This document shows positions 52,200 to 64,000 of a DNA stretch of 64,000 nucleotides, one piece after another; position 1 is the stretch's first letter; the number at the start of each line of letters is the position of its first letter. Origin of the DNA: Lama glama (Eukaryota); contig CM052817.1 in the NCBI GenBank assembly GCA_028534125.1, forward strand, positions 56,670,001 through 56,734,000, read 5' to 3'. The notes below the pieces were generated by a model. That model had not been told where the DNA came from, did not search any database, and saw only the letters and a list, made by a program, of their open reading frames with translations. The translations under genes were made by a program, and so were the position numbers.

Positions 52200-54300
52200 A
52201 TAATATACCAAATATAAATTTTTAATTATAATTATTTAAAAGTTAAGGTCACTAGGATATAAGCATTGGTTGTAAAAGAGTTATTTATGCTCCTTGCTTT
52301 CAAGGAAATGAAAGTATTTATTACAATTTCCATGCATACTTGCTCCAATATTTGTTTTCTTTAAAAAAATAAATTTGATTCATGTGGCAGGATACATCTT
52401 AAGTCATTTTTGATGTGTTTTATGGGAAACTTCTTTTTTTGCTGGCAAAGTTAATATAGAACAAGGGCTATAAAAGTATTTTAAAAGATGTCTATCAAAT
52501 TTGTGTCTAAATATTTTGCAAGTCTATAATGAAAGCTCTATCAGGTTTTATAAAATTTAAGCATTTTAGTTCTTTAAAAATAGAGGTTTTATCGATAGCA
52601 TGTTTCTTGCTATGGTCATAAGTTAATTTCATTAGTAAATATATATGCCACTTTAAATGTATAAAATCTAACTCTTTCAACACAGTAAATCTTTAGTAAA
52701 GAAGAAATTGCATTGGGCATGGAAAAGATTGATTTTCAGATTATCTTTGAATCATAGATGTGCTGATTGTGAGGTTCACACTCAAAGTGAGTTTTCTTTA
52801 TTCTTTTTCTAGGGTGTTTTGAATGGGAGAAACTGATGTCAGTACTGTTAGTCTGACATTTAGTTGGATCAATGGTTTCATAAATGTCAACAATTTGTTT
52901 TCATCAAAGAATTTCATTATCTCTTCAACAATTTCAGAGACTTTTATACACTGACTTTTGTTCATGTATCATTTTGCTTAAAATATTGTTAGTATACACC
53001 AAATAATTTTAAGTATATTTTAAGTATATCTTTGATTTTCATTACAGAATCTAGATCCTTATCAATACATCAACAATTTCTAAAATAGTATTAGAAGAGT
53101 ATCCTCCAATGAATATTCTGTGGCCCAAGGGCATCAATTCAACTTTCTTACTGCTGTTTTGACAATGGCTTCAAATTTATGCAGGTAAATGTATTTTTAG
53201 TATACTTCAACATTTGTTCACATTGTAGTGTTTTAAATGTATCAGAATCAATAAAGATTTTTACCTTATTGTTTACCACAAAATTTAGACAATGCATGGA
53301 ATGAGAAGTATAAAATACCTTTAACTACTCTGAATATCTTCTATCCATTCTCCTTTCCAAGCATATGTGCAGTACTGTTGTTTCTCTTATACCTCAAGTT
53401 ATTTTTTTATGTCTCGATTTAAAGGTTTTGGCAAAAACTAAATTTTGTATATAATTTACTCAACAAGACCTTGCCCATATTCTTCTTATGTTCACTTTCA
53501 CTCTCTGTTTAGAATGCCTCCATGGTCTATCGAATTTCAATTATGAATACACTACTTTTGCTCTTTTCATCTTTGTCAAGATTATTTGATGAAGGTTGTC
53601 TATGTTTTGTCCCTTCTCATTTTTCAGTTGAATATTTTCCATCTTCAAATAGAATAAAATATATAGAATCTTTTGGTTTGTAATAAAGTAAAAGGATCTA
53701 GTATATTTTTAGCAATTTGGAAGAACTTATTAATGCTTCTGTGGCTATTCTGTCATTTGGTAATTTAAAAATTTCCATTGTTTAATATTCAAATTATACC
53801 ATCAAGTATCCTAATCTTCAGAAAATATATTTGGTCTAATGAATTTTTCATGTATATTTTATCCCAGTTTGCTTTGTTTTGTTTTGTTTTTTGAAATTTA
53901 CCATTTCTGGCTGACATGGAGATGAGAGATAAATTCATATCCTTTTTTATCAGTGACATATTAGTGTTATACTACACAGAGACTAATAGCTCTGAAATCT
54001 CCCTTTTATAGCATTACATCTATTTTCTCCAAAAATGTATCTAAATAATACAAAATATTTTCTTTCACTTATGTATCCAATGACTTTCCATTTTGTTTTC
54101 TAAAATTTTTCTTTTCATCTTGACATATGAGGAAAATAGTATATAACAGCTCAGAAATTATTTTAAAATGTATAAAAATTTAAATAATACGAACATGATA
54201 AACTCATTAAATTTTAACAATACATAATTTTTGTACTGACAAAATTTCCATAAGAGAATATCTGTTCAAAAACAATTGGCCAATTAGCTGATAACTTATA
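52200..54300 (-). mobile_element. hAT-Tip100 (Zaphod-like) DNA transposon fossil with degenerate transposase
   Basis: Minus-strand frameshifted translation gives Tip100 motifs in the expected order: NLRYKRNNSTAHMLGKENG (~LRGQGYDNGANMKGK), LKPLSKQQ*ES*IDAL (~LKPLSETRWESRIDAV), HPRKRIKKTHFECE, IF*NTFIAL...QKRSF (~FPNVSIAL...AERSFS). Outer limits uncertain. Confidence 0.75.
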
Positions 54301-54355
54301 ACTACTTATAATTATGATAATTTATATCTATGCAATGTTTATTTTGTGATTCAAG

Positions 54356-54818
54356 TGTATTAGTCACAGTTCTCAAAAGAAACAGAAGCAAAGGATATAT
54401 ATAAAAAGACTTACTATAAGGTATTGGCTCATACAATGGAGGATGAGAAGTCCCATGACCAAGGTGGAGACCCAGGAAGGCCAGTGGTGTAGTTAAAAGG
54501 CCTGAGAGCTGGAGATCCCGTGGTGTAGATTTCAGTCCAAGTCTGAAGGCCTAAGAACAAGGAATGCCGAGGGCAGGAGAAGATCAATGTCCCAGCTCAT
54601 CAGGCAGATAGAGAATGAGAGAAAGAGAGAGCCCTCCCATCCTCCACCTTTTTGTCCTGTTCAGGGCCTCAAATCCATCCACATTCCTTTCACCCAGTCC
54701 ACTGATCCAATTGCTAATCTCCTCTGGAAACACCCACACAGACACACCCAGAAATAATGTTTAGCCGTATATCTGACATCTCATGATCCAGTCAAATTGA
54801 CACATAAAATTAAATATA
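54356..54818 (-). mobile_element. MLT2B-like ERVL solo LTR
   Basis: tgtattagtcacagttctc..agaaacagaa...gagaagtccca...ctggaaacacccacacagacacacccagaaataatgttt...ccagtcaaattgacacataaaattaa. Confidence 0.9.
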
Positions 54819-57739
54819 AGAATAAGTGATATTTAGTTATTACATAATGGTTCATGTAATGATGAAGATACTTGTACATTCATATTGTGAACTCAGCAGT
54901 ATAGTCTTTGTCCTATAAACATATGGCAGATGATGCAAAGGAAAATATTATATAACAACTTAACTAACCCACTTACATGACAGAACTTTTTCCTCTTAAC
55001 TTCAAACAATAAAAAAATAAGATCATAATGTAGAAACATAGATAATTTTAAATTTTGTTACACCAACAAGCTCAGTTATCAAATTAATTCCTCTTCCACA
55101 GGTCAAAGGAGAATGATATGTTAATATATGAATTCTGTGAGAATAAAACGCTTTATTTCCATCTTTGGGAAGGTTCTTGTAAAATAACGAACACTGACTG
55201 CCATAGATGTTACTATCACCATTGTTACCAGAAGTCCCTGTTCAAACCAGCACAACTGGAGTTTACACTTCTCTTTACCTTGGTATATTGAATGTCTGCT
55301 TCAAGAGCTACTTTTCTGCCCAGGTTATTACCCCAGATATTTCCAAACTGCCTAAATGACTGCCCAGAAGTTCCTGAAATACCAAAATATCATATACCAC
55401 ACGTGCCACAGTGTAGGTCTCTGCTACTGCTAAAAGGTTTCCCCTTTTAGGATACACAGAATACCCTTCACCGAGGGAAACTATTACAGTTCTTGCCCAT
55501 AGTGCTTTCTTTTCTGACATCATCTCTGACAGCAACTAGGTTTAGGAAAACAATCCAATTGGTCCTCACTTTAACAAAGGTGCACTTTCTGTAGCTTTAT
55601 GATGAATGTCTGTTTCTTAAGGTAAGGAGAAAACCACTAGATCTATCATAAAAATTTTTTTTCTTTCATTCCTAAAAGTCTTTGGAGGCATGAGATCCAC
55701 ACAACAAACTGTATTAATTCCAATATGGCCATTGGCTGTTCAATTTAGATCCTAATACCACGCAAGTTTTCTCCCCACAAAGTTCCCAGATTATCAGTCT
55801 ATGAAATCCTAATGCATCTTTGGAGTTATATTTTTTAAAACACAGGTCTAATTCAATCTTTACATTTTACTCTGTAGAAACAGGTCTCAATGGAATTCAA
55901 TAACTTATCCAATTTACAAAGGCATGTTTAGGAGCTTAACTGGACTATCCTAGATATTCAGTGCAGCCTCGCATTTCTTGTTATGGTAAATTTATGAGCT
56001 CATAACTCATAGTTACAGATATTTGTAAAGGTGCCAATTTTGTTTGAACCAGACTATGTACCTGAATGATGAGTTAATTTCCAACTCACCAATTCTCCCC
56101 AGAGTTTCAAAACAGGTTCTCTAGAATTTTAGAGCTTCACTTCAATATCATTCATAATAGTCTGTCACATTTTTTAAGGCAATGCCAGTCTTCACACATT
56201 ACTATTGGGTAATCCAAGCCCCCTTCCTAGAGATCATTTTGACTATGTAAGATCTTCTGGAGAAAAAAAAAAACAGAAGAAAAACACTAAAAAGCATTCT
56301 TATTAAAATAATGCTAACAACACAAAAACAGTTATGTCACAAATAAAAGAAAAAAAGTATTTTATGCAAGATAATGAATTAAGATAATTCTAACATGTGG
56401 CATAAATTCTATCGCCCTGTTCTTAATAGTTCCTATTTTGCTTTCACACTATGTTTTGCATAAGAAGCATCAGATTTCATTTTTTAAAATCCTCCCTTGT
56501 AATAAAAATGTATTAAAAAGCCCAATACTTTCAGGCTTGTTAGCATATTTTCAAAGTTACATTAGATGTACAGCCCCAAGTGGGAATATTAAAACAACAC
56601 ACATATCAAGCTATTGGACTTGAGAGGAAAATAAGTTTGTGATATGTTTTGTTGGGCCTGATTTACAGTTAGAACAAAACTTTCAGTCATGCATTATTAA
56701 CTGGAGATAGGACAAGAAAAAGGTTTTATTGTCCCAAGATTAATTAATGGCTGTTCTTCAGTAAGCATTTGCCTCAGAGGCAGAGTTTGCTGGAACAATT
56801 TCCTCTTATACTCTTGGGAACTTGTAACACTGTACCTGAAAACTCAACTTCATAGAATCCTAATACCCTGAAGAAAAAAAAAATAACTATGATAAAACTG
56901 AAACTGCCCACCTGAACACAGACAAGTATTTAATTCAGAGGAGCAGTCTGCATGCTTGCCTTGCTCTGACGGGAAAATTCATGTTCCTTTCACATCTGTA
57001 AGTGCAGGTGGATACTTCCTCATTGTATCCAGAAATAACTAGTTGCATGGGACAAACTTGACTACAACTTCCTCTTCTTCAAAGGCATCTGCCTGGCATC
57101 CTGAGTAATCAAAATCCATCCCATATTGTAAACAATAGTGACATTTTAACCTAATATTGTTGAGGGTTCAGCATTTTCAAAAAAATAGAAGTAAGCGTCA
57201 ACTGGATTTTGCATTTCATCACATTCTTTTTTCCTTTTCTTTCATCTTCTTTTTGTTGGGAAACACAGCACTTAGGGTATAAGGATTAAATTTTCATATT
57301 CAAAGATGTATGTCACCACTGTTTCACTCTCATAAAATATTTGTCTGACTAATATTTTATAATATTTTTTCCTACAAGCACACTGTATGTTTCTTTAACT
57401 TTCAGTCATTGCCAATCTTTTGTAGTTACCACAACAACAGGTGTTAAGTGGTGTATACATGTGTATAGGATGAGCCTTTATTGATCTTTGTTATCTTTAT
57501 CTTTCTTTTTCAGTAGTTTGGGTGTGGATTTCTCTGAATTTATTCTGTTTGGCAAAGAATTTTTTAAGTCTATCATCAAATTTTATCTTCCATCAATTAC
57601 CCCTCAGGGTTTATCTGGGAATTAGGTATTAGTCTATGTTGTACATCAGTTCTTCAAATTTTTGTTATATCACAGTATTTTATTTGGCCAACAATATTTG
57701 GTTTTGATTGTAGTATAGCTTTTTAAGTATAAATAAATT

Positions 57740-57940
57740 ATAGAAGTGAGACTAGTGTGCACCTTAGGGAGAGGAGGGGACTGATGTTTCCTGGGAAGAT
57801 GCATGAGGGAAACTCCTGGGGTGAAAGAAATGAACAGAGGCTAACACATGAATATATATGAAAAATTAGTCGAGTTGTACAATTAAGATACAATTAAGTG
57901 CTGTACACACTTTACATAAATTATACCTTGATAAAATTTT
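57740..57940 (+). mobile_element. L1MC/L1ME 3' end fragment
   Basis: ctgggaagatgcatgagggaaactcctggggtgaaagaaatg...gagttgtacaattaagat...aaattataccttgataaaa. Confidence 0.65.
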
Positions 57941-58959
57941 AAGGCATTTTTTCATTTATTATCCTCACAAAAATGGCATTTATTATTTTCTTAAAATTCT
58001 ACACAGCACTGGCTTTAGGAACTAAAATAATATAATACAATGGCAATATTTATTTAATTCATTGATTATTTCTTCAGTAACACCTTTTGGGACATCTACT
58101 TTGTGGAAAGTGTAGACAAAAGACATAGTATTTCCTTGAGCTCACAGTTTAAAGACATGTAAGTTCAGGTACAATTGTTATCAGGGTAGAATTCCTATGT
58201 TTGGGGAAAATACAGTGGATTTTTAAAAAACACATAAGTGGGGTCAACAACCAAGTCTGAGGGGTGAAATATAAGGGAAAGCTTCCCTAAGTACAAGATG
58301 GCTGAGCTTGATGTGCACTGACAGAGATTAAAATCAAAGTAGAGAAACTTTTTTTAAAGTGGCCAAAAAATGGCATTGAAGTATGTTGGCAGAAGAATAC
58401 AAAATTATTACACCACTTTTCTCTTTAAACGCATAAACCAGATAAATTAAGTGCAAGAAGACTTTAAGAAATGAATGGCTTATTGGAAATATATTCTCAT
58501 TACCTACGAAAGGTTCAACAAGAAAGTAAGTTAATTAAAACTCTGAAAGATGAGAGGAAAACTGCTTCAGTTTTACCTGGGAACAAAGGTCTTTGGGGAA
58601 GATTTTATAAGAGAAGACCTGTTAGGCAATAGGGCCGCGTGATCTTAAGTTTTATTTGGGAGAATGATGAACATTAGTGACCAGCTGGGGCTGAGCTCTT
58701 GTTACACATGTTAACTTCAAAGGAGGACTTTGGTGCAAGGCAGTAACACTTACTAATGTCAATAGTTTTCAGCCAGTAACTCCACTTTTTGTCATTCATT
58801 TCCTAGCAACAGACTCTGACCTCAAATTATCCATTTGCCTATTTTTCATATGCCCCAGACCAGCAACATTTCAACCACATTTCTATTCCCTCTGGCCTTG
58901 CTCCTACTTGTTGCCCTATCTTGCTTCACTACTCCTTTTCTGAATGGCTCAGTATTCTC

Positions 58960-59350
58960 CTTTACATTGAAAGCCGTAAGAGCTTAGCAAAATAAAAATT
59001 TATCTTTCACGCCCACAAAATCCAACATAGATGTTCTGTTCAGTCAGGGTGACTTCCACATTATCATTTAGCATCCAGTCTCTTTCCAGCTTTCCCTAGG
59101 GTCTGAAGTGTTCTGTTAAGATCCTTTCCCAGGTGGCAGATGGGGGAAGAGGAAGTATAAAGAAAATATAGGAAGTTTTGATGAGCTAAGACGGGCAGTA
59201 TTTCAAATCACTTCAGCTCACATTCAAGTGGCTAAAACCCAGCCACATGGCCACGTCTAAGTGTAAGGGAGGCTGAGAGATGTCCTCTAGCTGTCTGCTC
59301 AGGAGGAAGAGAGAATTATTTCGGAAAGCCCATAGCAGTTTCCACTACAT
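58960..59350 (-). mobile_element. MLT1F/G/H-like MaLR LTR
   Basis: tcacttcagctcacattcaagtggctaaaacccagccacatggccacgtctaagtgtaagggaggctgagagatgt...agcagtttccactaca. Confidence 0.7.
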
Positions 59351-60104
59351 CGTTTCATTACTGTTCTGCAGCTAATTTCCACTTATATCTGGGCTTCCCA
59401 ATATAATAAGCTTCACAGACAGGTATCTGCAGTCCCTACTGGCCCTAGTTGACATGCCTGAATTTTGGTAGTAAAAGATAGTAATAATTCATAAATGAAT
59501 ATGTATGTATTAAATGTCTACTCTGTGTCTAAATACTGGGGAAAAGTAGTAATTGAAGTGAATAAAAATGCTAACCCTCATGAGCTTACATTATCTCAGC
59601 ATCTTCTCACAGGCTTGTATGAAGAAAAGAATAGCCACCTGTCTTTATTAGAGAGTAAGAAGAGCATCCAGAAGATCCTTGTGATTAGAAACATCTCCTG
59701 TATTCAGGTCACATATTATTAATAGAGATTCAGACATGAGTTAATCCTCTAACCCTCCTAAATATATCAATAGTATACTAAATATATTTAATTTTTGGAA
59801 AGAATGATATATTAAGACATCAGAGCTTCTGTGTGAATCTACTTGTCAGATGCCTTTCTTTGAGATGGGAAGGTGATAGTACATAGAGGATGAAAGAGTC
59901 CTTGAGGACAGAAAATGTACACAGATGGAGGACAAAATAAAGAAATATTTCCCACTTCATAATTTTACTTCAGACATCAATGCGCATCATGCTAAGTAAT
60001 TTTGTATTTTTATGTACAAAACTCTAAGGAAAAATCTTACCAAAAGCCAACGTTCCACTCTAGAATATTAGATGATGAGTTCATTTTCCAACCATTACAC
60101 TGCA

Positions 60105-60595
60105 AGATTTTCCTTGGCTTACCACAGGGTTATGTTCCAATCAACCCACTATAAGACAACAATGCACTTAATACACCTAACCTACCGAACATCATAGCTG
60201 AGCCTAGCCTACCTTAAATGTGCTCAAAACACTCACATTACTCTACAGTTGGGCAAAATCATCTAATGCAAAGCCTATTCTATAATGAAGTGTTGAATAC
60301 TTCGTTTAATTGATTGAAAACAGTATGAAAGTGTAAAATGGAATGGTTATATGGGTACAGAATGGTTGTAAGCATACCACTTGTTCACCCTCGTGATCGT
60401 GTGGCTGACTGGGAGCTGAAGCTTGCTAGCGCTGCACAGCATCACGAGAGAGTATCCTACTGTGTATCACTGGCCTCCAGAAAAGATAAAAATTCAAAAA
60501 TCAAAATTCTAAGTACAGTTTCCACTGAATGTGTATTGCTTTTGCACCATTATAAAGCCTTAAGTCGAACTAACACAAGTTAGGAACCATTTTAT
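60105..60595 (+). mobile_element. MER47/Tigger5-family TcMar-Tigger element
   Basis: aatgcacttaatacacctaacctaccgaacatcatagctgagcctagcctaccttaaatgtgctc...cagttgggcaaaatcatctaa...aagtcgaactaacacaagttaggaacc. Confidence 0.9.
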
Positions 60596-62714
60596 GTCAA
60601 ACGAAATATTGAATCTCTAACTTCATGTGATGGAGATCAATTTCGTATGTCTCCAAAAACACCTATTGTACGACTGATCAGCCTCACATTAACCCTTCTC
60701 AAAGCTGAAAAATAAAAAATACTCTTGACCCTTAGTTCAAGGAAATGGTTTTTTGCCTCCTCCACCCCTGACTTGGAATTGTTAAATTCAGTAGGTAAGA
60801 AGATTATAAGTTTAAACAATGAGATTTTATATGGGAGTTTTCTAAGTTTAGTTTGCTGTTTCCAGTGTTCCTATAAAAGAGGAAACAGTATGAAGAAACC
60901 TAGTCCCTATTATCACCTATCAGTAGCTAGAGCACTAAAAAGGGCTTTTTATTTAAATTTAAATAAATACATATTTATTTGTTAATTTATTTAAAGACCC
61001 CACATAGCTCTTCAGAGCTGTTCTCAGAAATTGAATGTTTCATATAAAAACTCTAAAATGATCTTTATGTAAAATGAGTTTGTGTTCCTAATTATTAAAT
61101 TTCTTATCTTCCTATTAGGAAAATATACTAACCATTATTTCTTAAATTTGCAGAAATTTACATTTTATGGGCTTATCATCTGCCTCCCATATGTTATGAC
61201 GAAAATGACAGTGAATACCATAAATATTGAAAATTAACCACTTATATCTGGGCTGGTTAAACAATGCCTGAACTTTTGTTAGCTCTGTATGTCCACAAAT
61301 ACATAGACGTTTTAGCTAGAGAGGCTTAAATCTTATCTAGTCCAAGGCCTTCATTTTACAGATGAGAAAACGGAGGCCTACAAAGGTTATGGAAATCCAT
61401 ACTAACATTAGAAAAACAATACAAGTATACCATCCCTCGAAGGTGAGTCAGTGTCAGCCCTATATACCTACTAAGTTTAACGTTTTTAAATTAAATAACT
61501 GGATTGGATTTCAACTTTTGATCTAAATCAGATGAATGAGTGTTGATTAGTTCTAGAATAGACATCAGATAAAAATAAACAAGGGTCAAAATATGTTTTT
61601 AACAAGTATTTTAACTTTCCACTGAATATAGTTAATTGGTCTTATTCATGTAGCCCAGCCAGGCCATGACTTGGGGAAGCAAACACTTTATTTGCTAAGC
61701 AAAATACTTAGGGAAGCAAATATTTTTATTCTGTTTTGAAAATGGGTTTACTTCTGTTAAATTAGTTATCCCGAGAGAGGGTAAAAAGTAATTCAGGGCT
61801 TGTTTATCTATTTAGAGGGATACATTCCTATTCTGCCTGCACTGCAGAAATTTGAGGAAACTCAGGTCCAAGGCTTTAATGCTGAAACTTTAAATCTGTT
61901 CACTGACTCTTTACAGGATTAACTTTCTAAGTATGCTTAAGTTCTCAGGCATTTGTTTGCCATGGAAGTCAGAGTCCTTAAGCCTAATCAGGAGCTGTTG
62001 CTGCAGTTTATTTATAGTTCAGAAGGTCAGACTGATTCGCTTAATTGGAAAACACTGCTTCCTAGTCTATGTACCTATTGATGTACTGTACACTTGACGC
62101 GATTAGTTACCAGGGTGAGATTCTAATATGACCTTTGTTAATAATGTGCATTCTCCATAATGGGCTGTTTGCAGTTTCTAAGAGCCATTTACATGATGTG
62201 CTTGGTAATCAGTTATACAGTGCAATTCCTATGGTGGAGAGAAAGATCCACTTTAATTGGAATAGTGCAGAAGGCTCAAATCTGAGAAAATTTTGGTAGT
62301 CTGTGGCTGATTTCTTGCAACTTCCACATATGCTTTTAAAATGGAAAAAGCATGCTTGTAAAACTCGCCTGACATCATGCACTTTCCATTTGGAAAGTTG
62401 CAGTAAAAGATATGAACACATCATGAAGGGAAGAGTATACGGTGACAGAATGGGAAAATTATTTGCCCAGTTAGACAAATATTGCTCATAGCATAATCAT
62501 ACCTCATTCACGCTGCAGCAAAGCACACACATGGACACACACACACACACATGAGCTTGCTCTTAGAATTTCTATTTAAAGGAGTACTACCATCAAACCA
62601 TTCGGCCAGATTCATTTTAAAGAATACCATTTGTGGATATTCAGGTTGCTTATGAGGCACAGAAGACTAGAATGTCCATTTTAAAAAGAAACAACAAAGT
62701 ACACTCTTTAAGGT

Positions 62715-62930
62715 GAGTAGCACAATGTTACGGAAAATTCAAAAAAGTTCCTAAGACTTTGAGTCAGGCATCCCGAAATCAGTGTTGGCTTTACCACTTA
62801 TTTTCTGTGTGATTTTGGTCAAGGTAATTAACCTCTTTGAGGCTCTGCTCATTTATCTATGAAATGAGAATAATAATAGATATCTCATAGGTGTGAGTAT
62901 TAAATAAAGTGGCACACAGCCTTCTTTACT
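62715..62930 (+). mobile_element. MIR; other MIR fragments at about 12930-13080, 27860-27950, 29300-29500, 32270-32480, 38280-38450, 45830-46010, 46350-46600, 49640-49830, 61310-61400
   Basis: gactttgagtcaggca...ttaccactta..ctgtgtgattttggtcaaggtaattaacctctttgag...tctatgaaatgagaataataatagatatctcatagg. Confidence 0.8.
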
Positions 62931-64000
62931 ACAACGTAAGAGTTCCTAAGAGAACACAAAACAAAATCAAAATATTAACATAAGCGTTTAGTTGTATTCA
63001 TTTTCTAATAAAACTAGTGAGAGAAAAAAGGAATTAAGAGCCAGGGAAATTCAGACCGGAAAAAAAAAGTTATTTTTTCTGCAATATTTAAATTTAAAAA
63101 TGCTTTCATAACTACAAAAACTAAAAACTAAATATCAGATTCAGAAACTAAACATCCCTAAGACACCCAATCTTTAAAATTTTCTTTCATTTACTCATTG
63201 CCTTTTCTCATTACCACAGTGCTTCTTACATGGTCTTATACCCAGTCATATTTCCAACAAAACATAAAGCCATTAAAATAAAATATCCTTGCTGCTAAAC
63301 ACTAGCATATTTTTTTCAGAATCTAGTTACTATCAAGAGTGGCCTGCATAATGTAGATGTTCCCATACCTGTATGCTTACAAGAATCACTTGGCAAGATT
63401 CTTAAGAATCTAGATTTTAGACCTTATTCCAGACTTGCTGATGCAGTAAGTCTCTTACAAGGCCAAAGATCTATATTTCAATACGCATATCTTTGTTCTA
63501 TCCAAAATAATAGCCTCCAGCAAAAATAATACATAAGAAGCAAATCTGAATCACATTGCTATTGCCTATAAATTATGCTCAAAATTATTTTATTAAGCTT
63601 TATCCTGAGAATTAATGATGGCATAAGAACTGGATAAGATTTAGAATTGTTACTTTTAAAACAAAATTGCAAAAGGAATTATCAGTTACTTGTGGTTAAT
63701 AATGCACAATTCATCTTAATAGTGGTATGGCAAAAATATGCAATGAAATAGGTGGAGGCCTCATAAGCCCTCTGTGCCATTACTTGCAGACAAAGGACGT
63801 GCTTCAATTTCTAGGCTCTTTATTTTCAAGGTTTTCACACTAATCTCACAAAACCTTTTTTAGATGTTGAATCCGTCACTTGAATTGAGAGACTAACAGA
63901 TGCTTCATGCCTCATGTTTCCGCACCCTCCTTGCTAAGTGTGTATTGCTTCTATCTCTATTTTTTTTTATCATGTGTAATGTTAAAACATTTCTTTAAGT

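Noticed and set aside
1..64000. CRISPR arrays, tRNA/rRNA/known miRNA genes, CpG-island promoter, non-retroviral endogenous viral element
   Set aside because: No regularly spaced repeat-spacer structure, recognisable RNA gene or CpG island seen. The 8.6-9.4 kb peptides did not resemble bornavirus or filovirus nucleoproteins by eye. A covariance-model or TBLASTN search would be needed to exclude these formally.

Overview
AT-rich, CpG-poor eutherian mammal genomic DNA (intergenic or inside a very large intron). I found no recognisable protein-coding gene, structural RNA gene or CRISPR array. A large part of the window is interspersed repeats. These include old L1 (L1MB/L1MC-type), L2, L3/CR1, MIR, MaLR/ERVL LTRs (MLT1, MLT2), ERV1 solo LTRs and DNA-transposon fossils (MER5, MER20, MER94, Charlie18a, MER47 and a ~2 kb hAT-Tip100/Zaphod-like transposase relic). 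There are two 500-N scaffold gaps, both abutting copies of one young L1 3' end, and the second gap is flanked by a 183-bp exact duplication, so it is probably a false gap. I saw no young lineage SINEs; with the L1 3'-end style this suggests a camelid-type genome (inference). Most worth follow-up: an unassigned palindromic MITE with ~11-bp flanking direct repeats, a MIR-bearing insert nested in a younger L1, a young solo LTR with a perfect TSD, a possible RTE-clade LINE relic, and a few orphan splice-flanked candidate exons in repeat-free blocks. Repeat family names come from recalled consensus sequences, not database searches, and most boundaries are approximate. I do not see convincing evidence of a novel biological system.
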